Part shown: positions 1 through 11,162 of the stretch, in pieces | Layout: each line of letters begins with the position of its first letter | How positions within the stretch are numbered: position 1 is the stretch's first letter | Assembly: GCF_006345805.1 (NCBI RefSeq) | Contig: NC_043023.1 | Location: 20,212,001 to 20,276,000 of the forward strand | Direction: 5' to 3' | DNA from: Octopus sinensis | Taxonomy: Eukaryota | DNA length: 64,000 nt | Translations under genes and position numbers: made by a program | The notes under the pieces: model-generated | Told to the model about the DNA's origin: nothing | The model's input: only the letters and a program-made list of their open reading frames with translations | Databases searched by the model: none

Positions 1-57
1 TGCTTTATAGTTATTTCCCTTACAAACCCGAGCAACGCCGGGCGATACTGCTAGTTT
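1..57 (-). mobile_element. 5' end of a Helitron/Helentron-like non-autonomous element, running off the window start
   Basis: The reverse complement reads aaACTAGcagtatcgCCCGgcgttgctCGGG, an ACTAG start plus a subterminal hairpin. It matches the start of the element at 18092. Confidence 0.6.
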
Positions 58-196
58 GCAATAAAAACAATTTCACATTATTCTGAAGGGTTCACACTAT
101 GCTTTTCTAGATGATGGCTTACCTGACTGAAACTGCAAAGTTACTGTCAACAGCATTCTTGGATAAGAAAAATAAGCGTGTGTGTGTGTGTGTGTA

Positions 197-584
197 GATG
201 CAGGTCTGGCTGTGTGGTAAGAAGCTTGCTTACCAGCCACATGGTTCTGGGTTCAGTCCCACTGCATGGCACCTTGGGCAAGTGTCTTCTACTATAGCCT
301 CAGTTTGACCGAAGCCTTGTGAGTGGATTTGGTAGATGGAAACTGAAAGAAGCCCATTGTATATGTACATATGAATGTGTGTGTGTGTGTGTGTGTATGT
401 CTGTGTCTGTTCCCCCACCATCACTTGACAACCGATGTTTGTGTTTTTATCTAACTTAGCAGTTTGGCAAAAGAACTGATACAGAATAGGTACTAGGCTT
501 ACAAAGAATAAGTCCTGGGTTCAATCTGTTTGACTAAAGGTGGTGCTCCAGCATGGCCGCAGTCAAGTGACTGAAACAAGTAAA
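197..584 (+). mobile_element. SINE family A (tRNA-like head, central microsatellite, 3' domain), diverged copy
   Basis: Head tggctgtgtggtaag...ggttcagtccc (A/B-box-like), body ccttgggcaagtgtcttc, tail gactgaaacaagtaaa, all shared with many copies in the window. Confidence 0.85.
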
Positions 585-853
585 GTGCCGCCTTGACTGG
601 CTTCCGTGCTGGTGGCACGTAAAAAGCACCATCCGAATCGTGGCCGTTGCCAGCCTCGCCTGGCACCTGTGCAGGTGGCACGTAAAAAGCACCCACTACA
701 CTCTTGGAGTGGTTGGCATTAGGAAGGGCATCCAGCTGTAGAAACTCTGCCAAATCAGACTGGAGCCTGGTGCAGCCTCCTGGCTTTCCAGATCCCGGTT
801 GAACCGTCCAACCCGTGCTAGCATGGAGAACGGATGTTAAATGATGATGATGA
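585..853 (+). mobile_element. RTE LINE 3' UTR/tail (5'-truncated copy or RTE-tailed SINE) ending in (GAT)n
   Basis: taggaagggcatccagctgtagaaac...aacggatgttaaatgatgatgatg. The same tail is joined to RTE ORF2 sequence at 25450-25715 and 42935-43400. Confidence 0.75.
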
Positions 854-854
854 T

Positions 855-1147
855 ATATATCACCATGACTGACCAGGCTATCAGATGTTGCTACACATCA
901 CTTGTCACAATGCGCTTCAAATTGTTTTAGCCTTCAAATGACGCCACCCTGCTGGCTAAGCGAGCAGGCCAACAGAAGAAAGAGTGAGAGAAAGTTGTGG
1001 TGAAAGAGTACAGCAGGGATCGCCACCACCCTGTGCCAGAGCCTTATGGAGCTTTAGGTGTTTTCGCTCAATAAACACTCACAACGCCCGGTCTGCGAAT
1101 CGAAACCGCGAGTCCGATTCGCTAACCACTGGGCCATTGCACCTCCA
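855..1147 (-). mobile_element. SINE family C (tRNA-derived head)
   Basis: The minus strand starts ggaggtgcaatggcccagtggttag (A box) and has ggtttcgattcg (B box). The body matches 36223-36530. Confidence 0.85.
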
Positions 1148-1202
1148 AACACACACACACATATATATATATGTATGTATGTATATATGTGTATATATAA
1201 TA

Positions 1203-1433
1203 AGGCGGTGAGGTGGCAGAAACGTTAGCACGCCAGGCGAAATGCGTAGCCATATTTCGTCTGCCGTTACGTTGTAAGTTCAAATTCCATCGAGGTCGAC
1301 TTTGCCTTTCATCCTTTCGGGGTCGATAAATTAAGTACTAGTCTCACACTGGGGTCGATGTAATTGACTTAATCCCTTTGTCTATCCTTGTTTGTCCTTT
1401 CTATGTTTAGCCCCTTGTGGGCAATAAAGAAAT
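1203..1433 (+). mobile_element. SINE family B (tRNA-like head plus central domain resembling the Nin/Deu SINE domain)
   Basis: ggcggtgaggtggcagaaacgttagc...gttcaaattcc (B box)...ctttgcctttcatcctttcggggtcgataaattaagtac...ccccttgtgggcaataaagaaat. The domain name is recalled resemblance, not a search result. Confidence 0.85.
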
Positions 1434-1458
1434 ATATATGTGTATATACACACACATA

Positions 1459-2639
1459 GGCGCAGGAGTGGCTGTGTGGTAAGTAGCTTGTTTACCAACC
1501 ACATGGTTCCGGGTTCAGTCCCACTGTGTGGCACCTTGGGCAAGTGTTTTCTACTATAGCCTCGGGCCGACCAAAGCCTTGTGAGTGGATTTGGTAGACG
1601 GAAACTGAAAGAAGCCCGTCGTATATATATATATGCAAAATAAGAAAATGGAGAAATATATCTAAATCATTTATCAACTACCAGATAATACCCAATCACA
1701 TACTTTATTGAACCACTACATAAGAACATTAGGGTTAAACATCGTCCACCTACTCCCTCCACAACACTAGTCTCAAAACGTCTTCAAGTGAACGTGACCT
1801 GGGTGTTATTGTCGACAGTGATTTGCGTTGGACAAAACACATCGCTAAAATTGTCAAGAAGGCTGAGGGTGTCTTGGCATCACACACCAAATCCCTTGTG
1901 AGCCGCTCTCCGGCTATCTATCTGCGGCTTTATATAGCTATGGTAAGACCTCACCTGGAATTTGCATCACCGGTCTGGAACCCCTATCTTGCCCAGGACA
2001 TCAATCGTCTGGAAGCTGTTCAGCGACGTGCAACCAAAAGAATACCCTCCATCAGGCATTTGCCATATCCTGAACGCCTTACTTCCCTGGGCATGGACAC
2101 ATTGAAACTCCGACGTCTGGCAGCTGACCTGGCAGACACCCATAAAATTATCAACCATCGCACAAACAATAACTCTGAGCACCTCTTCAAACTCCACCCA
2201 TCTAACACCCGTGGACATATTTACAAAGTCAGAAAACAGCACAGCTCCCTTGACTTCAGGAAACATTTTTTCACGCTGAGAGTTGCTGAAGCGTGGAACA
2301 AACTGCCGGCATCGGTTGTTAGTTGTCGGAGCACTGCATCCTTCAAGATTTCCATGCTTCCCGAGATTCGCCAACACTACACTTGATTTTCTCCCCTCCA
2401 TACACACACAAGCATGTTCACTTTCCAGACATTTCTACATTACTGCATATACTTTATATGCACTTTCTGACAAGTTGTGGTGCACCTGAGCACTGTATAC
2501 AATAATTTCATTATTATTATTATTATTTATATATAACAAAACAGCAGCGTACATGAATGAGTAATAGAATACAATAAGTACAATCATTATAAGAGGATAT
2601 AAATAAATAAATTATCTCAATTTATGATATATATATATG

Positions 2640-2676
<37 letters not shown>

Positions 2677-2838
2677 CTGTGTTTGTCCCCCTAGCATTGC
2701 TTGACAACCGATGCTGGTGTGTTTATGTCCCCGTTACTTAGCAGTTCGGCAAAAGAGACCAATAGAATAAGTACTGGACTTACAAAAAGAATAAGTCCCG
2801 GGGTCGAGTTGCTCGATCAAATGACTGAAACAAGTGAA
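1459..2838 (+). mobile_element. SINE family A split in its central microsatellite by a ~1-kb insertion (5' half 1459-1635, 3' half ~2625-2838)
   Basis: The head-to-aagcccgtcgtatata half and the gtttgtccccctagc...gactgaaacaagt half are collinear and flank the CR1 fragment. Confidence 0.75.
1725..2527 (+). mobile_element. 5'-truncated CR1-clade LINE: C-terminal part of ORF2 (reverse transcriptase), 3' UTR and (ATT)n tail
   Basis: Translation ERDLGVIVDSDLRW...LVRPHLEF-like (MVRPHLEFASPVWNPY)...LEAVQRRATKRI...YPERL...LRRL...TRGH...FFTLRVAEAWNKLP matches CR1 ORF2 C-terminal motifs. The frame is open over 1823-2386 and the element ends in cattattattattatt. Confidence 0.92.
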
Positions 2839-2879
2839 AATTTTAAAAATACACTTGATGTACATAGGTTAGCAGTAGC

Positions 2880-2910
<31 letters not shown>

Positions 2911-3612
2911 AATTGTAAATATGAAGGTTAGTAGTTGATTATATGTGAAAGTCAGGAATTCATCAAAGAAATGAGTTGTGGGGTGAGGAATGGGATGGGA
3001 TGGGATGGTGGGGGGGGGAGTTCATAAGTGGAAAATGAAAATGTGAAGAATGAAAATTACGGGGTGGGTGGGGGGATGAAAGGACAGGAGGGAGCGGAGG
3101 ATGACAAAGAGGTTAACAAGGAAAGAAAATAAGGTGTGGGGGGGGGGCGGAAGGAGCGGTGGTGGTGGTGGACGTGTTCATGATGGTTGTGACGATGACG
3201 ATGGTGGTGGCGGTGGCGAAGGCGTCAAGGGGAATCGTGCCAGAAATGGTGTCGCCGTGGTGATGTCGAAGATGAGGTGTGGATGGGATGGCATGGTTGG
3301 GTGCAATAGTCTGTATACCTTACACTTCCTGCTGGAATCACACTGCACTGGTTCGGGTCGCTAAAGATCAAGGTCACAAGGGCATTTCTCATCCATTGAC
3401 AAAGAAAGGGCAGAGCCCATGACATTTCACAGGGCTTCCAAGACAGGTGGGACGGAAGGAAGGCTGGAAGATGGTATCCTCAAACCAGAAACCAGCTCTG
3501 AATTCTTGCAAGAGAGCAAGGTCTGCCAAATACACCCAGGTAGCCGATAACTGCAGATGAGCTTTGCACAGCATTCTACAAGGGTTTTACCTAAATTTCC
3601 TTCAACTACACT

Positions 3613-4012
3613 CGTGGCTGTGTGGTAAGTAGCTTGCTAACTAACCACATGGTTCCGGGTTCAGTCCCACTGCGTGGCACCTTGGGCAAGTGTCTTCTGC
3701 TATAGCCCCGGGCCGACCAATGCCTTGTGAGTGGATTTGGTAGACGGAAACTGAAAGAAGCCTGTCGTATATATATATATGTGTATGTGTGTGTGTTTGT
3801 GTGTCTGTGTTTGTCCCCCTAGCATTGCTTGACAACCGATGCTGGTGTGTTTACGTCCCCGTCACTTAGTGGTTCGGCAAAAAGAGAACGATAGAATTAG
3901 TACTGGGCTTACAAAGAATAACTCTCGGGGTCGATTTGGTCGACTAAAGGCGGTGCTCCAGCATGGCCACAGTCAAATGACTGAAACAAGTAAAAGAGTA
4001 AAAGAGAGAGAC
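3613..4012 (+). mobile_element. SINE family A, near full length
   Basis: Head, central (TA)(TG) run and tail aagtaaaagagtaaaagag are all present. Confidence 0.9.
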
Positions 4013-4025
4013 ACACAGACACACA

Positions 4026-4234
4026 CGTGAACTTGCTGAAAAGGTCCTGACTTTGGGTAAAAGAAAACGAAGGAGGATCCGTTAATTATGATTTTATTCA
4101 ACATGTTTCCCTCTCGGATTCACAGACTCACGGCAGGGGTCCTTCAGGTTCTGTAAAAGAACCTGCAAGGTTGGGCCTTTAGTCAGGCCTTTTGCAATCC
4201 CCTTAAAGCCACGAACTTTTCAGCACCCCCTCAT
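4026..4234. mobile_element. Tc1/mariner-like MITE
   Basis: Imperfect terminal inverted repeats tgctgaaaaggtcctgacttt (4034-4054) and aaagccacgaacttttcagca (4205-4225), ending in ...ccccctcata. A further TIR-like end lies at ~4620-4660. Confidence 0.6.
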
Positions 4235-4236
4235 AT

Positions 4237-4603
4237 ACTCTTTTACTCTTTTACTTGTTTCAGTCATTTGGCTGCGGCCATGCTGGAGCACCGCCTTTTA
4301 GTACTTATTCTATCGGTCTCTTTTTGCCGAACCGCTAATTGACGGGGACCTAAACACACCAGCATCAGTTGTCAAGCAATGCTAGAGGGACAAACACAGA
4401 CACACAAACACACACACATATACATATATATACATATATACGACAGGCTTCTTTCAGTTTCCGTCTACCAAATTCACTCACAAGGCATTGGTCGGCCCGG
4501 GGCTATAGCGGAAGACACTTGCCCAAGATGCCACGCAGTGGGACTGAACCCGCAACCGTGTGGTTGGTTAGCAAGCTACTTACCACACAGCCACTCCTGC
4601 GCC
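4237..4603 (-). mobile_element. SINE family A with a small internal deletion
   Basis: Reverse complement of the family A head and tail. Confidence 0.9.
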
Positions 4604-4675
4604 TATATATATATTTTTTTTGGGGGGGGGGGTCAAAAAGTTCCTGACTTTAGGTAAAAAAAACAAAACATACAG

Positions 4676-5143
4676 GATGATGATGATGTCGACGATGATG
4701 TTGATGGTGATGATGATGGTGATGGCGACGAAGTTGATGGTGATGACTGCCATGACAACGATGATGATGATGATGACAACACTGACGATGATGATGGTGA
4801 CGATGGCGATGACGACAATGACAATGATGATGATGATGATGGCAATGATGTTGGTGATGAAGGCCATGACGACGATGACGATAAGGATGATGGTGATGAC
4901 GGTGATGAGTACGATAATGATGATAATAATGACAATGACGATGGTGACGATGGCGATGACGACAATCACGATGGTGATAATGATGCTGGTGATGACGATG
5001 ATGAAGACAATGGTGATGACGATGATGATGATGATGATGGCAATGATGATGGTGATGAGTACGATAATGATGATAATAATGACAATGACGATGGTGATAA
5101 TGACAATGGTGATGTTGGCAATGGTGATGACGATGACGATGAT
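4676..5143. repeat. Degenerate (GAT/GAC/GGT) trinucleotide array
   Basis: Continuous atg/acg/gtg triplets with an internal duplicated block (gagtacgataatgatgataataatgacaatgacgatggtg occurs twice). Confidence 0.9.
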
Positions 5144-5153
5144 ATATATTATT

Positions 5154-6167
5154 AAGGTGGTTTGCTGGCAGAATTGTCAGCACGCTGGGAAAAGTGCAAA
5201 GTGGTATTTTGCCTCTCTTAACGTTCCGAGTTCAAATTCCACTAGGGTCGATAAATTAAGTACCAGTGAAACACTGGGGTCTATGTAATCGACTACTCCT
5301 CTCACCCCCCAAGTTTCAGGCCTTGCACCTTCAGTAGAAAGAGATTAACTTTGCCTTTCATCCTGTCGGGTTTAAAAAATTAGGTACCAGTTACGCACTG
5401 GGGTCAATGTAATCAACTAGTCTCCTCCCCCACTCCCCGCCACAAATTTTGGGCCCTGCGACTTTAGTAGAAAGGATTATTAGTAAGGTGGTAGAGCTGG
5501 GCGGAATGCTTAGTGGTATTTCGTCTGCCTTTACGTTCTGAGTTCAAATTCCGCTGAGGTCGACTTTGCCTTTTATTCATTTGGGGGTCAATAAATCAAG
5601 TACCAGTGAAACACTGGGGTTGATGTGATCGACTAGTCCCCTCCCCAACAAATTTCAGCCCATGAGCCTTTAGTAGAAAGGATTATTATTATTATTATTA
5701 TTATTATTAGATGGCAAGCTGGCAGAGTTGTTAGCATGCCGGGCAAAAAGCTTAGCAGTATTTCGTCTGCTGCTACATTCTGAGTTCAAATTCCGCCAAG
5801 GTCGACTTTATCTTTCATTCATTTGGGGTCATCATCATCATCATCATCATCGTTTATTGTCTGTTTTCCATGCTAGCATGGGTTGGACGGTTCGACTGGG
5901 GTCTGTGAAGCCAGGAGGCTGCACCAGGCCCAGTCTGATCTGGCAGTGTTTCTACAGCTGGATGCCCTTCCTAACGCCAACCACTCCGTGAGTGTAATGG
6001 GTGCTTTTTACGTGCCACTGGCACAGGTGCCAGGCGAGGCAGCGCTGGCAACGGCCACGTTCGGATGGTTGATAAATTAAATACCAGTTGCATACTGGGG
6101 TCAATCTAATCGACTGGCTCCCTCCCCAAAAATACTGGGCCATGTGCCTAGAATAGAAAAGATTAGT

Positions 6168-6202
<35 letters not shown>

Positions 6203-6404
6203 ATAAGGTGGTGTGTTGGCAGAATTGTTAGCACGCCGGGCAAAAATGCTTAGTGGCATTTTGTCTGCCTTCATGTTCTGGGTTCAAATCCTGGCGAGGT
6301 CAACTTTTCATCCTTTTGAGGCTGATGAAGTAAGTACTAGTTACACAGGCCTTGTGCCTTTAGTAGAAAGGATTATTATTATTATTATTATTATCATTAT
6401 TATT
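5154..6404 (+). mobile_element. Head-to-tail cluster of about five SINE family B copies with (ATT)n tails
   Basis: Repeated aaggtgg..ctggcagaa heads and gtagaaaggattatt tails. The fourth copy is interrupted at ggggtc|gataaa by an RTE tail. Confidence 0.8.
5829..6068 (-). mobile_element. RTE 3' tail inserted into a SINE B copy
   Basis: (ATC)n followed by cgtttattgtctgttttccatgctagcatgggttggacgg...gtttctacagctggatgcccttccta. Confidence 0.75.
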
Positions 6405-6770
6405 GGCCGTTGCCAGCCTCGTCTGGCCCCCGTGCCAGTGGCACGTAAAAAGCATCATCCGATCATGGCCGTTTGCCAGCCTCCCCTGGCACCTGTGCCG
6501 GTGGCATGTAAAAAGCACTATCCGATCATGGCCGTTTGCCAGCCTCCCCTGGCACCTGTGCCGGTGGCATGTAAAAAGCACTATCCGATCATGGCCGTTT
6601 GCCAGCCTCCCCTGGCACCCGTGCCGGTGGCATGTAAAAAGCACTATCCGATCATGGCCGTTTGCCAGCCTCCCCTGGCACCTGTGCTGGTGGCATGTAA
6701 AAAGCACTATCCGATCATGGCCGTTTGCCAGCCTCCCCTGGCACCCGTGCCGGTGGCATGTAAAAAGCAC
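6405..6770 (+). repeat. 63-bp minisatellite, about 6 copies, expanded inside an RTE 3' tail that continues to ~6937
   Basis: Unit tggccgtttgccagcctcccctggcacctgtgccggtggcatgtaaaaagcactatccgatca. The ORF track shows the matching 21-aa periodicity. Confidence 0.92.
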
Positions 6771-7289
6771 CCACTACACTCACGGAGTGGTTGGCGTTAG
6801 GAAGGGCATCCAGCTGTAGAAACACTGCCAGATAAGACTGGAGCCTGGCGCAGCCTCCTGGCTTCCCAGACCCCAGTTGAACCTTCCAACCCATGCCAGC
6901 ATGGAGAACGGACGTTAAACGATGATGATGATGATGATTGAAATTATTTTAATACAAAGATACACACATAATACAATGCCACAGTAACATACAAGGAACC
7001 GTCAAGGAATTTCCATTCTCTATAGGTTTTAGAATTTTGCGAGGGGGAAAGATTGTCAGTCAGGTGAGATGGCCATGGCTTTTATTTTATTTTCTGCAGC
7101 TTGAGTTTCTGTCTAGGAGAAGGAGGGAGAGGTCTGAAAAATGTGTGTCAGCTAACAATGTATATTGTTTCATAGATTAAATATATAGTGAATGGAGAGA
7201 GAGAGAGAAAGGTCGGAGGGAGTGATGGTGGCGGAGAAACAATGGGGGCTGTGCAGTGGGTGAGAGAGTGAGAAATAAATTGGACAGAC

Positions 7290-7506
7290 AGACAGACAGG
7301 AAAATATATGGATAGATTGCTAGAAACTAGATAGACAGACAGACATACACTTAATATATATACATATATATATATATATATTCGCCTTGAATGGTCCCTT
7401 TGCAATACTGAATACTTGTGAATTGATTAATAATTTATTTTGCCCTCATTGTTGAAATTAATATATATATATATATATATATAGTATATTATATATATTA
7501 TATATA

Positions 7507-7547
<41 letters not shown>

Positions 7548-7673
7548 TAGATAGACAGACATACACTTATATATATATAGATATATATATATATATATAT
7601 ATATATAGATAGATAGAGAGAGAGAGGAGAGAGAGAGGAAGAGAGAGTAAGACAGACAGACATACAGATGGAT

Positions 7674-7710
<37 letters not shown>

Positions 7711-7793
7711 GAATATATAGATAGATGATATAGATAGAAGATATATAGCTAGATGATAGATAATAGATATTAGATAGATAGATAGATATAGAT

Positions 7794-7824
<31 letters not shown>

Positions 7825-7898
7825 TAGATAGATATATAGATATGATAGATATATATAGATTAGATAGATAGATATAGATAGATGATAGATAGATATGG

Positions 7899-7934
<36 letters not shown>

Positions 7935-7972
7935 TATAGATATAGATAGATAATAGATAGATATATAGATAT

Positions 7973-8012
<40 letters not shown>

Positions 8013-8021
8013 TAGATAGAT

Positions 8022-8057
<36 letters not shown>

Positions 8058-8168
8058 GGAGATAGATAGATAGAGAGATAGATAGATATATAATAGATAT
8101 AGATATATAGATAGATATATAGATAGATAGAGATAGATAGATAGATAGATAGATAGATATAGATAGAT

Positions 8169-8203
<35 letters not shown>

Positions 8204-8205
8204 GG

Positions 8206-8240
<35 letters not shown>

Positions 8241-8304
8241 CAGATGGATAGATAGATAGATAGATAGATAGAGAATGAAGAAAGGGATAGATAGACAGAG
8301 GGAC

Positions 8305-8376
<72 letters not shown>

Positions 8377-8450
8377 TGATGGCAGATAGATGTAGATAGG
8401 TATAGATAGACAGAAACACACACACACAAACATATATACACACAGATAGA
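7290..8450. repeat. (TA)n and (ATAG)n microsatellite field
   Basis: Long runs of atag/agat and ta. Confidence 0.95.
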
Positions 8451-8469
8451 GAAACTGAAATTTGAAGGA

Positions 8470-10137
8470 GGTCATGGGTGGGATGGATGAGAAAAAGCCA
8501 TAAAAGAGTAATAGGATGATGGTGGTGGTGGAGGTGGAGGTGGTGGGGGATGCTGGGAGATATTGGGATGGGTGAGGCCCAGTGTTAGAGAAGTGGGTGG
8601 TGGCGGCGGTGGCGGTTGTAATAGCAACTGGTGTGTGGAGGGAGAGGGAGGCATGGATGGATGGATGGATGATAAAGAGGGTTGGAAACAGGGGAGGGGG
8701 TGAGGGAGGCGGTGGTGGTGTGAAAGAGAAAACAGTGTGTGGGTGGCTGATTGGTCTAGTGAGGGTGGCGGTGGTGATGGCGGTGGTGGTGGTGGTGGTT
8801 GTTGTAGTGGTGGTGGTAGTGGCGGTGGTGGTGACGGTGGTGGTGGTGGTGATGGCGGTGGTGGTGGTGGTTGTTGTAGTGGTGGTGGTAGTGGCGGTGG
8901 TGATGGCGGTGGTGGTGGTGGTGATGGCGGTGGTGGTGGTGGTTGTTGTAGTGGTTGGTGGTAGTGGTGGTGGTGACGGTGGTGGTAGTCATGATGGCAG
9001 TGGTGGTGGTGGTGGTGGTGGCGGCAGTGGGGGTGGGGTGAGAGTGGCGGAGGTGGTGGAGGTTGCCATGGATGTAGTGATGGCAGTAGAGGCGGGGGGG
9101 GTGATGGTGATGGCGTTGGTGACTGCTGGTTTGTTGTGGTGGAGGTGGTGGTGGTGGTGCCCCCCCCCCGCGACAGCATCGTTGCCATTGTCAGTGGTGT
9201 CTGCGGTGATGGTCATGGTGGTGATGGCAGTGATAGTCATGATGGTGATGCTGCTGCTGGAGGTGTTTGTCTCCAACGTTAATAGAGATTGATGGTTTCC
9301 ATGGTTGAAGGTAGTGGAGAGATGGGGGTGGTGGCACTGGATGGGTGGGCGATAGGGGTGAGTGTCACTGCTGCTGCTGCTGCTGCCGGTGGTGGTGGTG
9401 GTGGTGGTGGTGGTGGCGGTGGTGGTGGTGGTGGTTTGTACAGCTGAAAATGCCACATGCCTTCTTTCTCATGTGAAGAAAACAAGGATGCAGAAGCAGC
9501 AGCAGCCAAAGCAGCAGCAGCAGTGGTGGTGGTGGTGGTGGTAGTGGTGGTGGTGGTGGTGGTGATGGCGGTGGTGGTGGTAGTGGTGGTGGTAGTGGTG
9601 GTGGTAGCGGTGGTGGTGGTGGTGGTGGTGGTAGCGGTGGTGGTGGTGGTGGTGGTAGCGGTGGTGGTGGTCATGATGGCGGTGGTTGTGGTGGTAGGGT
9701 GGGTTGGTGGTGGTGGTAGCGTGGTGGTGGTCATGATGGCGGGGTTGTGGTGGTAGTGTGGTGTAGTGGTGGTGGTGGTGGTGGTTGGTGGTAGCAGTGA
9801 TGGTGGTGGTGATGGTGGTTGGGGTTATGATGGCGGGGTGGTGGTCGGTAGTGTGGTGGTAGTGGTGGTGGTGGTGGTGGTGGTGGCATATTGTGGTCAT
9901 GATGGCGGGGTGTTGGTGTGGTGGTGGTAGTGGTGTAGCGGTGGTGGTGTGGGTGGCATGGGGGTCCTGAGTGGTGGTGGTGGTTGTGGTGGTAGTGGTG
10001 GTTGGTGGTAGTGTTGTAGCGGTGGTGTTTGGTGGTGGGGGGGTCATGATGGCGGTGGTTGTGGTGGTAGTGGTGGTGGTGGTTGTGGTGGTAGTGGTGG
10101 TGGTAGCGGTGGTGGTCATGATGGCGGTGGTGGTGGT
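8470..10137. repeat. ~1.7-kb G-rich (GGT)n-based degenerate trinucleotide array
   Basis: Dominated by ggt/ggc/gat/gta triplets, with short unique islands and repeated blocks such as ggtgatggcggtggtggtggtggttgttgtagt. Confidence 0.9.
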
Positions 10138-10452
10138 GTTGATTTTTTCAATTCTTTTACATTCTCCAGTCATTTGGCTGCAGCCATGCTGGAGCACCAC
10201 CTTGAAGAGGGGTGGGTGGAGTTGATCTTTTAGTCGAAAAAAATCGCCCCCCCCCCACCAAGTCTTATCCTTTGCAAGACCATTACGTATTCAGTCGGTA
10301 TCTTTTACTAAGTTACAGGGACATAACCACACCAACATCGGTTCTTAAGCAATGTTGGGGGGACAAGCACAGATACACAAATACATACATATATATATGT
10401 ATACACACACACACACATACATACATACATACATATATATATACATACATGG

Positions 10453-10832
10453 AAGCACTCCGTCGGTTACGACGACGAGGGTTCTGGTTGATCCGATCAA
10501 CGGAACAGCCTGCTCCTGAAATTAACGTGTAAGTGGCTGAGCACTCCACAGACACGTGTACCCTTAACGTAGTTCTCGGGGATATTCAGCGTGACACAGA
10601 GAGTGACAAGGCCGGCCCTTTGAAATACAGGTACAACAGAAACAGGAAGTAAGAGTGAGAGGAAGTTGGGGGTGAAAGAGTACAGCAGGGATCACCACCA
10701 TCCCCTGCCAGAGCCTCGTGGAGCTTTAGGTGTTTTCGCTCAATAAACACTCACAACGCCCGGTCTGGGAATCGAAACCGCGATCCTATGACCGCGAGTC
10801 CGCTGCCCTAACCACTGGGCCATTGCGCCTCC
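10453..10832 (-). mobile_element. SINE with a family C tRNA head and an alternative 3' domain (gtctgtggagtgctcagccact type)
   Basis: The minus strand begins ggaggcgcaatggcccagtggttagggcagcgg. The 3' part recurs at ~39490-39600, ~54230-54510 and ~57190-57500. Confidence 0.8.
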
Positions 10833-10955
10833 ACATATACATACATACATACATACATATATATATACATATATACATACATATACATACATATATACAT
10901 ACATATACATACATACATACATACATATACATACATACATACATACACACACACA

Positions 10956-10991
<36 letters not shown>

Positions 10992-11162
10992 TAAATACAT
11001 ACATACATACACACACACATACATACATACATACATATATATATATATACATATACATACATACATACATACATATATATATACATATACATACATACAT
11101 ACATACATATATACATACATACATACACACATACATGCATACATGCACACACACACACACAC

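Noticed and set aside
4580-5288. Met/Thr-, His- and Ile-rich ORFs
   Set aside because: All frames are open because the region is a (GAT) trinucleotide array.
6405-6770. CRISPR-like array, or a 21-aa repeat protein (ORF 6213-6800)
   Set aside because: The units are contiguous with no unique spacers, the context is eukaryotic, and the ORF is a by-product of a 63-bp repeat in an RTE tail.
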